A stretch of DNA of 64,000 nt from Azolla caroliniana (lineage: Eukaryota; Plantae; Polypodiophyta): assembly GCA_043228905.1 (NCBI GenBank), contig JBHGNT010000001.1:37138001-37202000 (forward strand). The letters are read 5' to 3'. Positions 1 to 26,060 of the stretch are shown here, one piece after another. The position numbers and the translations under genes were made by a program. The first letter of the stretch is position 1. Each line of letters begins with the position of its first letter. Under the pieces are notes generated by a model. It had not been told where the DNA came from. It saw only the letters and a program-made list of their open reading frames with translations, and did no database searches.

Positions 1-147
1 TTCAAATAGGGAGTTCAACTCATGTTACCAACCCCACAAATAGCATTCGAATTTGGGAGCACATGAATATAAAATAAAAATATGCTTCCTAGTACCAATT
101 TCAAACTTCCACCATGCAAATACTATTAAAAATTTCCTTCTAATTAC

Positions 148-3100
148 CATGCCTCTAACTGTTTTGCAATCATCCAGGCACTTCTGAGCATCCTGAACCG
201 CCACCTTTAACTCAGGCAGCCATTGCTCCATGGCGGTTGTCTCCTGCTCAGCGGCTATTGATGAACAAGAAGTAGCAGTCCTGCCAAAAAGAGAACATCA
301 AGATTTCTGATATGGTTTACATAAACAAAAAATAATGCAGATAAGAGAGTTTTTACTATTACTTTTCATGTTCAGGCCTTGAACTATTTGCACCCGCTAA
401 CAGTGAATGTCCATTGCCAACAAGATTTCTCCATGTTTGAGCTCGTCTCATTGCTCCAGCAAGTTCTTCAAGCATGCATATGGGAGACATGAAAGGAGAG
501 AAGATGAAACGCAAGGATTCTACCACAGTAGCTAGCCCCACATCGTCACCATCATATCCTATCAAGTCATACATAATAAATAAGCATATTAAAAATAATA
601 TGCAGAGAATGCAGTATCTCCTCAAATACCTCCTTTTCTAGGTTTCTACTGAATTCCTACAGAAGTTATATTAGCAGCAGGGCATGCATCAAGAAAACAA
701 GAGCTTGTATGGTTTTGTTACAACTATACCACTTATATTTTGAGTTGCTGCATTGATCCGGCAGATTGATGGTATAGCAGAAGGATCTTTAGCACCGGCT
801 TTTGCTGTTAGTAAATCGGCAGTTCTTTCTATCGCAACTAATGATTCAGGTCCAGGAGGCCCACTCATACCGAATGCTTCTTGTAAGGCCTGTAAGATAA
901 ATTTATGACCTTTTTTCATATGAAGATCCAATACATTTCTTTTCAACATCATTATGAGCTTTCACAACTTAACCATTTACTTAGCTTGCGCAGAGATTGA
1001 TATTCTGCAATATCTGTTTAGCCCATATTTTTGTGCCACAAACTACAGAGTTTTCCTAGAGTTGCAGTAATTCTTTCATTTTTCCTACAAATCCTTTTTA
1101 TCTTCCAGCCTACCCTTCCAGATGCAGCATTTTAGTGATGCATGAATCCAACCTTATTGAACAGAACAACTTGGACCTTACTACAAACACCAAATAGATA
1201 CATCCACAATCCACACCTTATATTCTGAGAGCAAACCTGTGATGTTGACGGAAGCATATATAGACGGTTATCTGGAACTCTCAAAAAAATCGAAACTTCT
1301 CTTTCAATGAGATCATGTGCATCTGCTGCCTTTTGTTGCACTCTGTTACATAATGGAATGACTGTAGTAGCTGAATGCTCTCTTGAACGCTTTGTGTGTT
1401 GCTCCCAAGCTGTTGCCGCAGCCTGCAGTATGATCAACCTCACATTTAATGATGTGGCTTCGACGAAACTCAAATAAAACACGGAGACATGGTATATGTA
1501 ACTACAGAAAGAGAATGCAGCAGCAATTATAAAAGATTAAACCAGAAACCAAACATTGCAGAGTTTAAATGACTACGAAAAGTAGCATTTAGGCACTAGA
1601 ATTAACACAATTGGCATAAAGTTGTTCCATGAAAATCTGGGAGTAATCAATTTCATTGCAACATCTGTGCATGTTCCTTCTCTCCCATTGCATGGGACAT
1701 GGGGAGACCTCATAAAAGCTGATGGAGATAATTAATCACATGGAAATTTTGATTTCTGCCCTTTTCTCTTTAATACCCCACTTAATTATGCTTAATGAGT
1801 GAGCTTAGTACTCCTATCCTAACACAAAATAACCATACGGACTTACATCAATATATGCACGATGTCAATACATTTCCAACAAGCAAGTATTTAAAAAAAA
1901 ACAACTACCTGTTCTCCCTCTAAATCAGTTAATAGGTGCCATCTCTCATCCCATGATTCTATTGATAACTAAAATGGTTAAACACAATACCCCATTTTAA
2001 ATGATATATACCAAATTGAGATGTATTAGTTCTGTATATATAGATTCCAGTTCAGTCCTCCTGGCATCAAACTCTTCTATCCTCTTCCACTTTTTCCGCA
2101 ATGCATCTTCAGCGGCTCTTCGTTCCTCGCACATCTTTTGAAGTCGTTGAACTTCATTTGTCAGGGTTGAAACGCTGGCCTTCAGACCAGCAAGTTCTCG
2201 TTCCTTGGCCCATACGTCCAGCTGGAAGCAAATAACAAAAGGACAAAAGTGCGAATATTAGTTTCTGTGCAACAATTCCCAGATCTTCTACTAAAATTTG
2301 AAAGTCCTCCACATTCAGTTACAGAAAACATCTACATAGAAGCAGCAAATGCAAACTAAATTTGGTATACAAGTTGATACTTGTTGCAAGATGTAACCCA
2401 CATGATGTCACTTTTGAATTGAAACTTTCCAACCCATCACTAAATTCTTCACACTAAAAACAGATACCTTATGACTAATTTGAGCAAACTTTTATAGCTA
2501 CAGTATGTCAGTGCTTTACTTTTAACTTTAACTTACTTAGAGATCATTTTCTCAGCCTTATAACACTCCTTATATTCAATTTTAAATCAATTATCCACAG
2601 CAACATTTTATTTCAACAAAGTAATATTTGTAGCTAGTTAAAAAAGTTCTTTACCTCAAACTGCCGTGAGCTCGCAGAATTTTGGACATATTCTCTGTTA
2701 TTGGTGGCATCCCCTGCATTGGAAGCTCCATGAATACGCCGCACAAGCTCCTGACTTTCTTTTTTTGCATCTGCAGCAGCATTTAGTGCATCTTCTGTTG
2801 CAATAAACTGTTGTACATGTGCCCTCTATATACAGCACACATCAATAAGTTTTAGCTGTTGCAATGCTTCAGAAGTTTTTTGTAACAATCCACAAGCATA
2901 AAATGGGTTCTCCATATAAATGACCATAGCAAATAAAAGACAGAAATGTATTCATGCAATATCTTGCCCGTTCATGGAATACATAGTACTAATCTTCTTT
3001 TTTATATGGGAGCCGTTATGTTGAAAGCTGTAAGTTAATAGGGCAATTCACAATCTAACCCTGTGTTTGGAAACATTGTAACCTTGTTCACACTTTCAAC

Positions 3101-6100
3101 ATAGAAGAAATAAACCTGAACAATTAAATGCATTTAATCCTTATTTTTCCAGAAATTCAAAGTATTTTTCCAGAAATACTAACAACCAGGACACAGTAAA
3201 TACATAACTACTTGATGGGTTGAGAATGAAGTAAGTTGCGTGCTGCTCAGGAAAAAATAGCAAGATATGTGAAATAACAGACAATGAGACAGTTGTTGAA
3301 GTAGGATCCATTGAATGTATGTGCATAATTAGGCCTGTATATATTTCTATTTGAACATGTCAATGATGAGGTCACAGTGCCACATTAGATCGAATAAGTT
3401 GGGCTGCTACAGGTTAATGACCAATAGTTTCCTTTTCTATTTGTTTCAGTGGGAGCTCACTGCACCTACAACAATACCAACACTATTGTTGCACTAGCCT
3501 TGATTATATCAGCAGCTTTTAAGGTTTGCATAAAAAAAAAGTCCCAGTTACTACGCCAAATATATCCATCAGAGTCTAATATTATCTTGTATCAATATTC
3601 CCGAATATTCTGCTAAACATTTACCACTTGGTTCTCGACTGTCTGGAAACATCTTGGCTGACAATTCTTTGCTGACTCCCTTGTTACTCGACAATGGATG
3701 GCAATTGAAGTCTCAAAATCAGGAATAGAAATCAAATAAAAAAGCATGTAAACATATGTCATACTACACTACATATGCAACCTTACTATACATATGGCAT
3801 TTAGTTCAACAAGAACAATATCATAATACAGCTTAATTCTTTAATTTTCACTAAAAGTTTAAATAGGACACCAATTCAGAAATGCATCACCTGTCTCTCT
3901 CTGAGTTGTCTGAAAGTTCCCTTTACTCCAGTCTTACTTCCTCTACTTTGTGAGGTCAAGCTTTCGTCTGCGTCTATTGAAACATCTTCAATGATCCTGT
4001 TATTTTCGTACTTGTATCTGCAAAAAGTAAAGCACGGAAAAGTTTTTTAGGTTCTAAAGAAAAATGTACCAGCAATTGTAAGAGGAAAAGCAGCATGCCA
4101 CAGCAGGTGCTCTATTAAACATGGTAAAACCTTGTAAATGACAGGCATTTAAGAAACCAATACTAAGAAAGTTTGAACATTCCACCATCGTAATTGTCTT
4201 GAATGCACCACATTTTCAATACACTTTGTCAACAATCAAGCAATTTATTAATCCCTACAAAGAATTGATCTTCAATTTGCATTTCTTACCGAGTGGGTTC
4301 TTTATGCTATTGGTAACCCCTGAATAAACTTACCGAAGCTTTTCTGCATCAGCTTTTACATCGAATTTCTCGATCTCTCGAATAATTGCATCATTGACTT
4401 GGGCTGTATACCCAGCAATTGCTCGTAAAAGTTGCGGTGGGTTCTTCAAAAGATTTACAGCAGTCTCCTTGATGCTATCCGGGATTGTTTCCCAATTAAT
4501 ATCCATACCTATCTTCCTCTCATCTGCACCTCCATCTTTCTGGTTTCCAACACCATCATAGGCAGGAAAGGTAGTCTTTATTCTCTCAATTAACATTGCT
4601 GCGAGAGTTTCACATGTTTTTCGGACATTCCTTTCAGCCGTGGTCTCAATGAGAATGGTACCACTATCTATGGACTTGCCACCTTTCAGTGGAATAGCAT
4701 ATACTGTATCAAGATCTCTGTGAGCAAGCGGATCTGGGGCTGCTTCAGACCCTCCAAGTTTCCCTCTTTGGACATCCACAGCATGTTCAACATATCGGTG
4801 AAGCCTTCTCTGATATTCCGCAAAAATTCGAGCAGCTTGCTCAAACCTTCCATCGTAAGCTTCAAGTAAGAGTTGTTTATGCCTGTGCTTGAAAGTCAAA
4901 ATATATTTCCACAAATCATAAATCAGCATTGCGTTATGAAGTTCTTCAGATTTTTGGGGTGTTTAACAAACTCAAACTAGTATTAATGTTTTAGATGATT
5001 CCAGATACACAACCTGCAAGAAAGAAGCTACAAAGCAGTCCCACCTTTCTGCAGGCTTGAAGGAAACATAACCCTTCAGGGCACTTGCAAATTGGGTGTA
5101 CCAAAGCACAAAATTGCAGCGTACATAAATAAATCTATATTTAATTAGAACAGAGTTTGTTGCACAGTCAATCCCTGTCCTCTCCACCCAATCTCTTTCC
5201 TCCGAGCTGGGAAAAGAGTGCATTTTTAATTGTGAAAAGTCCACATAGAAGAGTTTTTCTTTCATGTGCCATTCCTGATACAGATGGTTTAGATAGATTG
5301 AACCCTACCCCACCCTATCTGTGTTTCTGCACTTTATTCAGAAACAAATCCACAAATAAAGAGGCCTTCTACATATAGCACCCCTTTCCTACTTTCAACA
5401 TTGAAAATTACATGACCATCAAAATATAAGCATAAAAGAACACTCTATCAAGAGATAAATTTACTCAATTTCAAGTAAGTAAAGTACTGAATGTGAAAAT
5501 AATAAAAAACACAAAATACACCTGGAATCAGATTTCTCATCCAAAACTCGTTGTCGTTCTCCTTCTTCTCTTGAGAGTTCAAGCATCCTTCCTTTGAGCT
5601 CTTTCCTCAACTTACTCATCATGAGCCGCATTCTTTCTACTTCTACTTCAGCAGCATCCCTCTCTCTCAAAGCTCTCTCTTTAGACTCCGAGGAATCGTC
5701 TGAAATCTTCTCTTTCTCATTTTCATTTCCTTCTCTCACCTTACCCGCCTCTGATATAGTGGGTCTACTTGTTGCTCTTGCTTTCAAATCTCCTTTTTTA
5801 CGACCCAATCTCACTATATCTTTATCCTTCTCTTTGTCTTTGTCTTTGTCTTTACTTATCAGAATTGACTTACCTTTAGGATCCGAAATCTCTTCGGATT
5901 TCAATGGTGATGGTAATGAGCTTCTCTGGACGAGTATATTCCTCTTCACAATCTCAACTGTCTTCTCTGATTTCACTCTTTCAAGGAGGAACTTCCACAC
6001 AGGAACCATGTTTCCTCTGCAGATCTTTCTTAAGCTTTCCACTGAAGGAAGAAGTTTGTCTGTGTTTGAGAATGGGCTGTGAGGTCTGTAGCCCATCTCT

Positions 6101-6156
6101 TGCTTTAGCCATTCTAATATGGCTTCTGGTTGAGGAGATGTGATCGAGCTCTGCAT
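148..6156 (-). CDS. AUG5: AUGMIN subunit 5 (HAUS5 homologue); 3' end lies beyond window start
   Basis: N-terminus [25 protein letters not shown]...[26 protein letters not shown] and downstream [63 protein letters not shown] match plant AUG5 as I recall it. GT-AG exons read manually: 6156-5522, 4882-4334, 4017-3891, 2825-2655, 2221-2012, 1422-1237, 889-730, 558-363, 280-148. Phases are consistent. No stop codon is reached in the window. Confidence 0.93.
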
Positions 6157-6411
6157 TTTTAGAAGGAGGGGGAGGAGGAGGATACGCAGAGATCTGCTCT
6201 AACTAGTAGTGTAAATATATTGAAAGGAGAAACAGGCTTCTTGTTTAGCTCAGCTGCTCCTTGCTGGATCTGGAAAGAGAAGAGTGGGGAGGGGAATCAA
6301 AGATTTTGGGTTTTTACTTAGTGTGCCTGCGCATAACATAATACCTCTTAGCTGACCGACCGCTTCGATGATCCGGTTCTCTCTCGTCTCAGACTACGGG
6401 GTCAGCTGGAC

Positions 6412-6420
6412 CGGGCCCAT
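6412..6420. promoter_or_regulatory. Site II-like element (GGCCCA) upstream of AUG5
   Basis: CGGGCCCAT about 260 bp upstream of the AUG5 ATG in a locally GC-richer promoter. Site II motifs are common in promoters of plant proliferation genes. Confidence 0.4.
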
Positions 6421-7325
6421 TATTTGCCCGACTCTGATGCACCGAAATTTCAATCTTGTGAACATGTCGATTTTGATATTGCAATTTTCGAATCTCGAGC
6501 ATTGGAGGTAGAGTCGGACCATTATTGCTCATGTGTATTGAAACTTGATTGGACTCTCTAGTGGGGCAATGAATGATGCAGAGGACAAAGGTTCTCCTGG
6601 TATATACGAACTCTTTTCCAAGGGGCTATTGGTTAGTTACAACTTCAGGCCGTCTTGCTCCATCAATTTCAATAGAAGTCATGGTTTCAATTTGATCATG
6701 TGTCATGCTGACTCTGTTTGAAAACCCAATGCATGATGCTCATACCAAGCATTTTCTCTTCATTTACTTCAAGAACTCACAAACATCAAGGTATCAATCT
6801 CTTTAGGTCTTTGAGGTCACATTAACTTCAATCTAAGCTTCCACTAATGACTTAAGAACAACTTCTGACAACCCCAAACTTATGGAGTCCATTATCAACT
6901 GATCCCATCCCAAGTTGGGTTGATGATTCGAGAAGATTATTTTTTAATATCTTTCTTATGCTTTAAGTATCAATATCTCATAAAGATTTTGATCATGATT
7001 TTGTCCTCATTTGAAGTGATGGAAATATATTTCTACGTTAGAAAAGAAATAGATTGTCTCGGTGAACAATAATTGCCTAATCCTATAGTGTCATCTATCA
7101 TGGGTTTGCTAATGTTGGTCATTGGCATTGATTACTGACTATTCAAAGGCTAAATGTACGTATCGGGTTGGTTAGCACTTTAAACAAATGATTATTAGCA
7201 ATACTAGAAAAACCATCAACATGACATGCCTTGAAGGTGGCTCAATCATATACTCATGGTCCCACAATACCTAGAGTGCACACAACATTATGTCGATCAT
7301 AGAGTAAAATACCAATCACGCACAA

Positions 7326-7423
7326 GAGTTCATTATTTCAATCAGAATACACAAACTGGAAAGGGTGCTCAATGGAGTTCATTATTTCAATCAGAATACA
7401 CAAACTGGAAAGGGTGCTCAATG
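7326..7423. repeat. 49-bp perfect tandem duplication
   Basis: GAGTTCATTATTTCAATCAGAATACACAAACTGGAAAGGGTGCTCAATG at 7326 and 7375. Confidence 0.9.
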
Positions 7424-7557
7424 TCAACATCATTAACAATATCACAAGCACATAATGTGATTAACAACATAATCCCAATCTTGTGTACTATTTATCAATG
7501 GCCAATTTAGGTTATGTACTAGATTTCATACATTACATTACATAAAGATACAGTTTA

Positions 7558-7612
7558 CCTCATAGGCTAAATTTGGCCTAAACATTAATATATCTTTCCT
7601 TCTTTCTTTCTC
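7558..7612 (+). mobile_element. LINE 3'-terminal stem-loop copy with pyrimidine (TTTC)n tail
   Basis: CATAGGCTAAATTTGGCCT...TAATA followed by TCTTTCCTTCTTTCTTTC, resembling the motif that ends the LINE at about 62540. Confidence 0.5.
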
Positions 7613-8415
7613 CTTTACTTTAAGTGGGACACTTCAAACATAGTTCTTGGGAAGGAAAAGACCTTGACGTTCTGGTTTCAAAAATTCACATGTAAGCCAA
7701 TGGTGCAGAGACACAAAAAAGGCAAGAGGTTCATCAGCCTGGCATGCACTAGATACAAACCATGTTCGTATATTCTCCCAACATAACCAAGTGATTACTT
7801 CATGGCCTACAAACACCTTAGCAATGCAAATTTCTTAAGCTAACAATTATGAAGCACACTCCAAGTCATCTGGTTTCATGTAAACATTGAAAAAAACGAA
7901 GATGAAGTTTGATGAAGCTAGGGCTGCAAAACAGTTTAAGTTCTGATACACTGCATCCTGCAATTATGTAGGCTTCAACTTAAATTATAAGACTTCAAGA
8001 GAACGTTTTCCATCTTTATAACAAAATATATCATCATCACATCATACAACTATAATATGTTAAGCATTTCCAGCACATGGATCACCATTTATGAAAAATC
8101 CAAACAATTTTACTCAAACTAATTTAATCAGTAGTGTTGACGAAAAATCCAAGTTTGTCGCTTTAAAGAGAACAAACATGAAAAATCGATGGGAGGAAAT
8201 GTTTATAACCAGTTCAAATTTTTTACTAAAATCGTTCTTCAAAGTTTCAATATATATATCTTTTATGTATATATATCATTACCACTCGAAGGTCAAATAA
8301 GAAAAGAGAATGATCCTAACTTTGTGCAGTTACGAAAAGACCATTCTTTTCACTTCTATGGATCCAGTCCATGGCAAACTTGCACTTTCAGTTTCCAAAA
8401 ATTTGGTGATTGGAT

Positions 8416-8510
8416 AACAGATCATGCCGGATATTACATGATCAGTTTTAAAATATGCTTTGCCTAACAGATCATGGCCGAGATTACATGATCAGTTTTA
8501 AAATATACTT
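8416..8510. repeat. About 49-bp imperfect tandem duplication downstream of the ABCC stop codon
   Basis: TAACAGATCATG(CCGGAT/GCCGAG)ATTACATGATCAGTTTTAAAATAT(G/A)CTT at 8416 and 8465. Confidence 0.85.
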
Positions 8511-8759
8511 CAATAACAGTTTATAACTCCTGGCTACCAGGGGAACTGGCTCATCAAAACATCACTTTGCAAGCCAACGATTGCAAATTAGCTTTGTAGA
8601 ATATGAAATATTTATTCAGCTACTTGTCATAATGGAATCATCCCTAGCCTAATAATGTTTACTTATTCTAGGATAATCCATGTTTCTAGCCATGTGAAGT
8701 GCTAACTTAGTTAGCCAAAACTATAGCCTTATTGTTGATTAGTTCCTCTCCTTTGTTGA

Positions 8760-20986
<12,227 letters not shown>

Positions 20987-21354
20987 CTGAAAAAGCCGGA
21001 AGGAAGGTGATGATGATGATGAAGAAGAAGAAGAAGAAGAAGAAGACGACTATGATGAAATGGAGATACGCATGCAGAAGAAGAATCGACGACGGATATC
21101 CACAGATAGAAGAAGGAATTGAGGTTCTCAGAGAAGAGAGAGAAGTGAATGGATGGCGATGGAAACAGGGAGAGATGAGCTAGCGATGGAGGCAGGCATG
21201 GAATGGAATGGAATGGAATGGAGATTAGGGTTCTCGGAAGGTTTTTCCCAAACCTTCCGCTGCCAGGAGAGCAGCGGCAGCAGAGAAAGAAAATGTAGGA
21301 AGTATTTATTATGTATACACATCATACATAGCAAGAAGGGAAGAAAGTCCAGTC

Positions 21355-21428
21355 CGCCCATCCGTCCATTCTTCCGTCCGCCCGTCCATTCTTCCGTCCG
21401 TCTGTCCATCCGTCCGCCCGCCCGCCCG
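21355..21428. repeat. GC-rich (CCGT/CCGC)n low-complexity repeat upstream of ABCC
   Basis: CCGCCCATCCGTCCATTCTTCCGTCCGCCCGTCCATTCTTCCGTCCGTCTGTCCATCCGTCCGCCCGCCCGCCC. A (GGAAT)n run lies at about 21199-21221 and a (GAT/GAA)n run at about 21008-21045. Confidence 0.8.
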
Positions 21429-21977
21429 AGTGTGAACGTGTCTTCTTTTTTCTACATACCATACCCTGAACCTAGAAGTGCACTAACACTACCACTTATT
21501 CACCTTCCAAAGAAATATGATTATTAGCATCACCTTGGCCCCTTCTTTTGCCTTTCTCTCTACCTCCTCTATGCCATTCGTTGTCGTCGTGGGGAATGAA
21601 AAAAGTGTGTGAGGAAAAAGTACAAATACATGACCAACAAAAAAAATCCTACGATGTTGGAATCACAATGTAATATTATTTGTGGTAATAAGTCGCATAG
21701 AGATGTGCTTCCTTGCACTCCACATGTTGACCAAAAAAAGAGAAGTGTGTGTAAACATTAAAATTTTGAAAGATAATGATCCATCGAATCATATGCTTCC
21801 GTTCCAACACGATGTTGCTCTCCCTACATTCTTTTCCAAAACTTGATGATGCTAAGATAGCATGGCAACCACCCCAAGGTTATCCATCACGATAACCGAG
21901 AGCTCATGTATCACAAACATGCGGTGTTCCTTTCTAGGGCGAAAAGCGTCATGTTCTTATTTCACATATACACATAC

Positions 21978-22081
<104 letters not shown>

Positions 22082-22460
22082 CTTTGTTGTAAAAGTAATG
22101 CATATAGTCGAAACAAGAAGACAATTTCGAAAAAACTTGAGGTTCTTACTCGAGAGTGATGTTATGGATAGATAAACCCTCTAACATAAAAGCAACTCTT
22201 TCTGGAAAGTGGTCACTGCCCGTTTCTACTTTTGGCAGAAATGGAGGAACACACCAACAGTGACACAAGGAGGAAACGGCATGAGGTGGAATTACCAACC
22301 CCCACGATGGTTGTTTCCTGCCCACCTCCCTCCGTTGAAGGCCACTGTCGCTAGGTTATAGCTCTAACTACCTACTTAAATTAAGTAGAAAGTAAGAGAG
22401 GATATGTACACAATCTCATATTCTTGAACCCAATTTTCTATAAAAATCTTTCTATAAATA

Positions 22461-25400
22461 TTCCTAACTAATGGGAAAGTAGCTCCTTTTTTGGGGAAAA
22501 AAACAATTCTTTCATGAATGCGCCTAGATTTCTAGTGCAATAACTACTTAAATAAACTTCTTTTTCATCTACTTACATTTTATGGTGTATTCCATGGAAA
22601 TTCTCAAATAAAATCCCATCTCTTATTCTCCAATTGTACCATATACCCCAATAACTAAGGTAGTCAAATGTTGCCCTATAATATGTCCAAAGTTGTTACA
22701 CAACAACTCAATTGGCTTATGTGATTGGATAAACAAGGACTATACAAAAAAAAACGTCTCAATGTAAAATGAGTTAGCATTTTTAACCTTTCACCAAAGC
22801 CAACCTCCCTCCCCCCTCAAAAAAAAAAATTGCTTGCCAAAGAAACACTTCGTGTGAATTGGGGGATGAGATTGTTGACAACATGGCCGACACAAGCATA
22901 CCTTTTACAATGTCATAAAGGAAGTTGGTCAATTCGATAGAAGGAACATCATGCAGTTCCTTAAGGTTTACAACCATGAGATCTGAGAAAAGGATGTTTA
23001 AGAAACAAGAAATATCTCTTGCTTCAATCAAGTGGTAACCTTGCAACAATGGATTGAGATGGTATGCTCAATCTACAATATTTGGTGGCTTTTGGTTTAT
23101 TGATGTGTTCACCCCCAACAAGGATAACTCCATAGGATTTCATCAACGGGAGGGAGAAAGGTGAATCATGTATCAAGTGGTCCTAGTCCATTCAATCATC
23201 ATGTACATTGTCATGACTCATCGGTGAATTTAGTCAAGACAATGAAATTCAGAAGGAGAATTTATGTAAAGAAAGTATAAGACAATTGATTGAAATTTGA
23301 AATATAAAGTTAGTGATTGTTAAAGGATAATTGGTGGCAAATACAATAGGTGATGGAGATCCATGAAATATTGGACACACGTGGGAGGATAGAAGCGGTT
23401 GACCATCATATAAGCCTCCCCATATTGTTGAATATAATTGTCTCTATAAACCTTGTGTATCCGTTTTCTCTCAAGCACACGAATATGCCCATATTTTATA
23501 TTTTGATCTCTATTGCGTATGATCATCAATAAAACTACTTATTTAGTTTTCGATACATTTGACAGATAATGGAGAAGGCATCTTATGACACTTTAGCCAT
23601 GGTTTGGTTGAGATTCAAAAGCATAGTGAGTCAATCCCTATATAAACATATGAGATGCAAGAAAAATTGCCCATCATCAACTTCTTCCATAGGCCCACAC
23701 CTTCGCCAACAACGCATTGAGGAGTGGCCCTACAATCATTGGATCACAAAGATAATTGATCACTGTGTCTAATCTACCTAAGCACACCTAAATGCATCAA
23801 TGAATTTTATCATACTATTGCTTTGTGCCCACTAACCGTTGTCACGGATCTTTAGGAAACTAGAGATTTATTTATTTATTTTAGCGTGGATAACATGAAT
23901 TCATCCATATTTGTATTTATGATTTTGTCAGTGGATGATTTTGGTCTCTTGCACATTCATATATATATATATATATATATATATTTCTTTCTTTCTTTCT
24001 CAAAAACACACACAAGCAAGGTTATGAGTTCTAGGTTAATACGATATAGGGAAAAAATGGTTTTGAAATGGGTTGCATTACACTTGTATCACGATGTGTA
24101 AAGAAATCATGATAATGTCGTCCCTTTGTCCTCAATCCACATCATTGCTTTCATGTGACTTTGCTCACATTATCTTCAGTGTGAGGCGAGGCATTATGAG
24201 ACGTGAGAATGACAGGAGTTGATAGCTCATGGAGGCCTCACAATATAGGAAGCCTCTAATGCCAACCATATGAATGTAAAAGAAGGAGATATAACGCACA
24301 CATCGCGTGGTTGGTTGCCTAAACATATGCACTAACGATCATCACTTTTGATCGTCAACATGTTCTTGCAAAATCCGACAACCCTCATTAACTGCCATGC
24401 ATACAAACTAGAGGGGAGAACAATTGATCAACATGTAGATTGATAAGTTTGGATTAATAACTGATGTGTTGTGCTGGAAAACTTCATTTCACATGGAGCA
24501 CGAGAACTTGCGAGTCTAGACTTATTGATTAAAATCATTAAGAAGGAATCCAAAAGGAAGAGTACAAAAATTTTACCACTCAAATTCTTGTTAATGTCAT
24601 TCCTTGTTCAATATGAGCAATTATGACTCTGAATTTAAGAGAAGCACAAAGCTTGTAAGTTGTATGTATTTTCATAAGACAATCTTTTATCATGAATGAT
24701 GACATTTGGACAAGTCATTACTTTGCCATGACTTAAATGAGATAAATGCTTATTGTTTATTGGCCACTATCACAGAAATACAAGTTGTCATGCATATTGA
24801 ATCAAGCGATTAGACATTAAACATGGCAAAGTACCATTCCTTTGAGGCTATGCTCACACCTTTTCTCAAGTATCAAGAACGATTTCAACATGGTAGCCTA
24901 CGGACAAGCTTCTTTTGTATTTTTGCTACCAAAAGTATTTCACATAAAACCTAAGGAAAAAGATGGTATTTGTAATGTTGACCATAAAGCGTTGTGTGTA
25001 TTTAGGCCTAGTCGAGAACATGATTAAGTTCAAGAGTTATAGTGTCACATTTTGATACAATGCTCTATTTTTTACCACATTCAAGTTTGCTTTCCACACA
25101 TTATCAAGTTGATCCTATCTTGATAGATATTCCTCTCACACTCGCAATGTGTGCTCTAAATGGAAAAGTTCATTAGTCAAGTTATTGAACATCAAGAGTC
25201 ACTACTTAGTTCCACACATATTTCGTGAAAATGTTTCGCTTTTGGAACCATTGGTCATATTTGATATTTGAGAATGACATATCTATAGCAACAAATTTTC
25301 ATTCCTCATATATACAAGAATCGGCCTACATGGCCTATTCTTTTATCTCTTGTTTATTTGGGTTTCATTAATTTTTTGTTATGTATGGATGAACATAGGT

Positions 25401-26060
25401 GAGGGTAGGTCGCCAAACATTAATTTTATTTACAAAACATAAGTGAAGGGTATGTTAACTAATACCAGATAGGGACTAATGTAATGGCATAGAAGGAACG
25501 ATAGGTGCATGTAATATCATGATCTTGATAACCAATGGGTGGAGGAGAGTCTTTTTTAAAAAGTATGCCTACTAATGAGGCTTGGGAAGATGCATACATA
25601 TAACGCTTTTGACACAATGATCGTGTTACCTCATCCAAAGTATTAGTTATCCTAGTATTCATCAGTATGGGATGTCAATGGTAAGTCTGATATGTCTTGA
25701 TTATAGCATTAGGTTTTCGAAGAGAAAATTTGTTTGATGTCTACAATGGGAAGAAAAACATACAATAGAAGAAGAATATTCAAGGATATCCTTAGCCTTA
25801 ATTTGGGGTTGAAGTTTCTCAAGCCCAATTAGGTATAGGATTTGAGGCTTTATTAGAGTTAAGGTTACTAAGCATTTGATTAAACCTACATCGAGGATCA
25901 TGAATTGGGACTCTAATTGAAAACATAATGGCAAATTGATTCATATGAAACAAATTGAAGAAAATTTAGAGTGATATTTGACAAACTTGTAACTCACGAA
26001 TCATGATTTTTTATTTTTTTATTTTTTCCAAAATGAAGCTACTTTCCCATTAGTTAGGAA
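22461..26060. mobile_element. Putative degenerate TIR DNA transposon bounded by perfect 24-bp inverted repeats
   Basis: TTCCTAACTAATGGGAAAGTAGCT (22461-22484) is the exact reverse complement of AGCTACTTTCCCATTAGTTAGGAA (26037-26060). Further copies of the end motif lie at 27121-27153 and, degenerate, at about 41515-41545. No intact transposase is seen. Confidence 0.5.

Noticed and set aside
5594-6143. Plus-strand ORFs of 162 aa and 79 aa
   Set aside because: Antisense shadows of the K/E/D-rich AUG5 exon 1.
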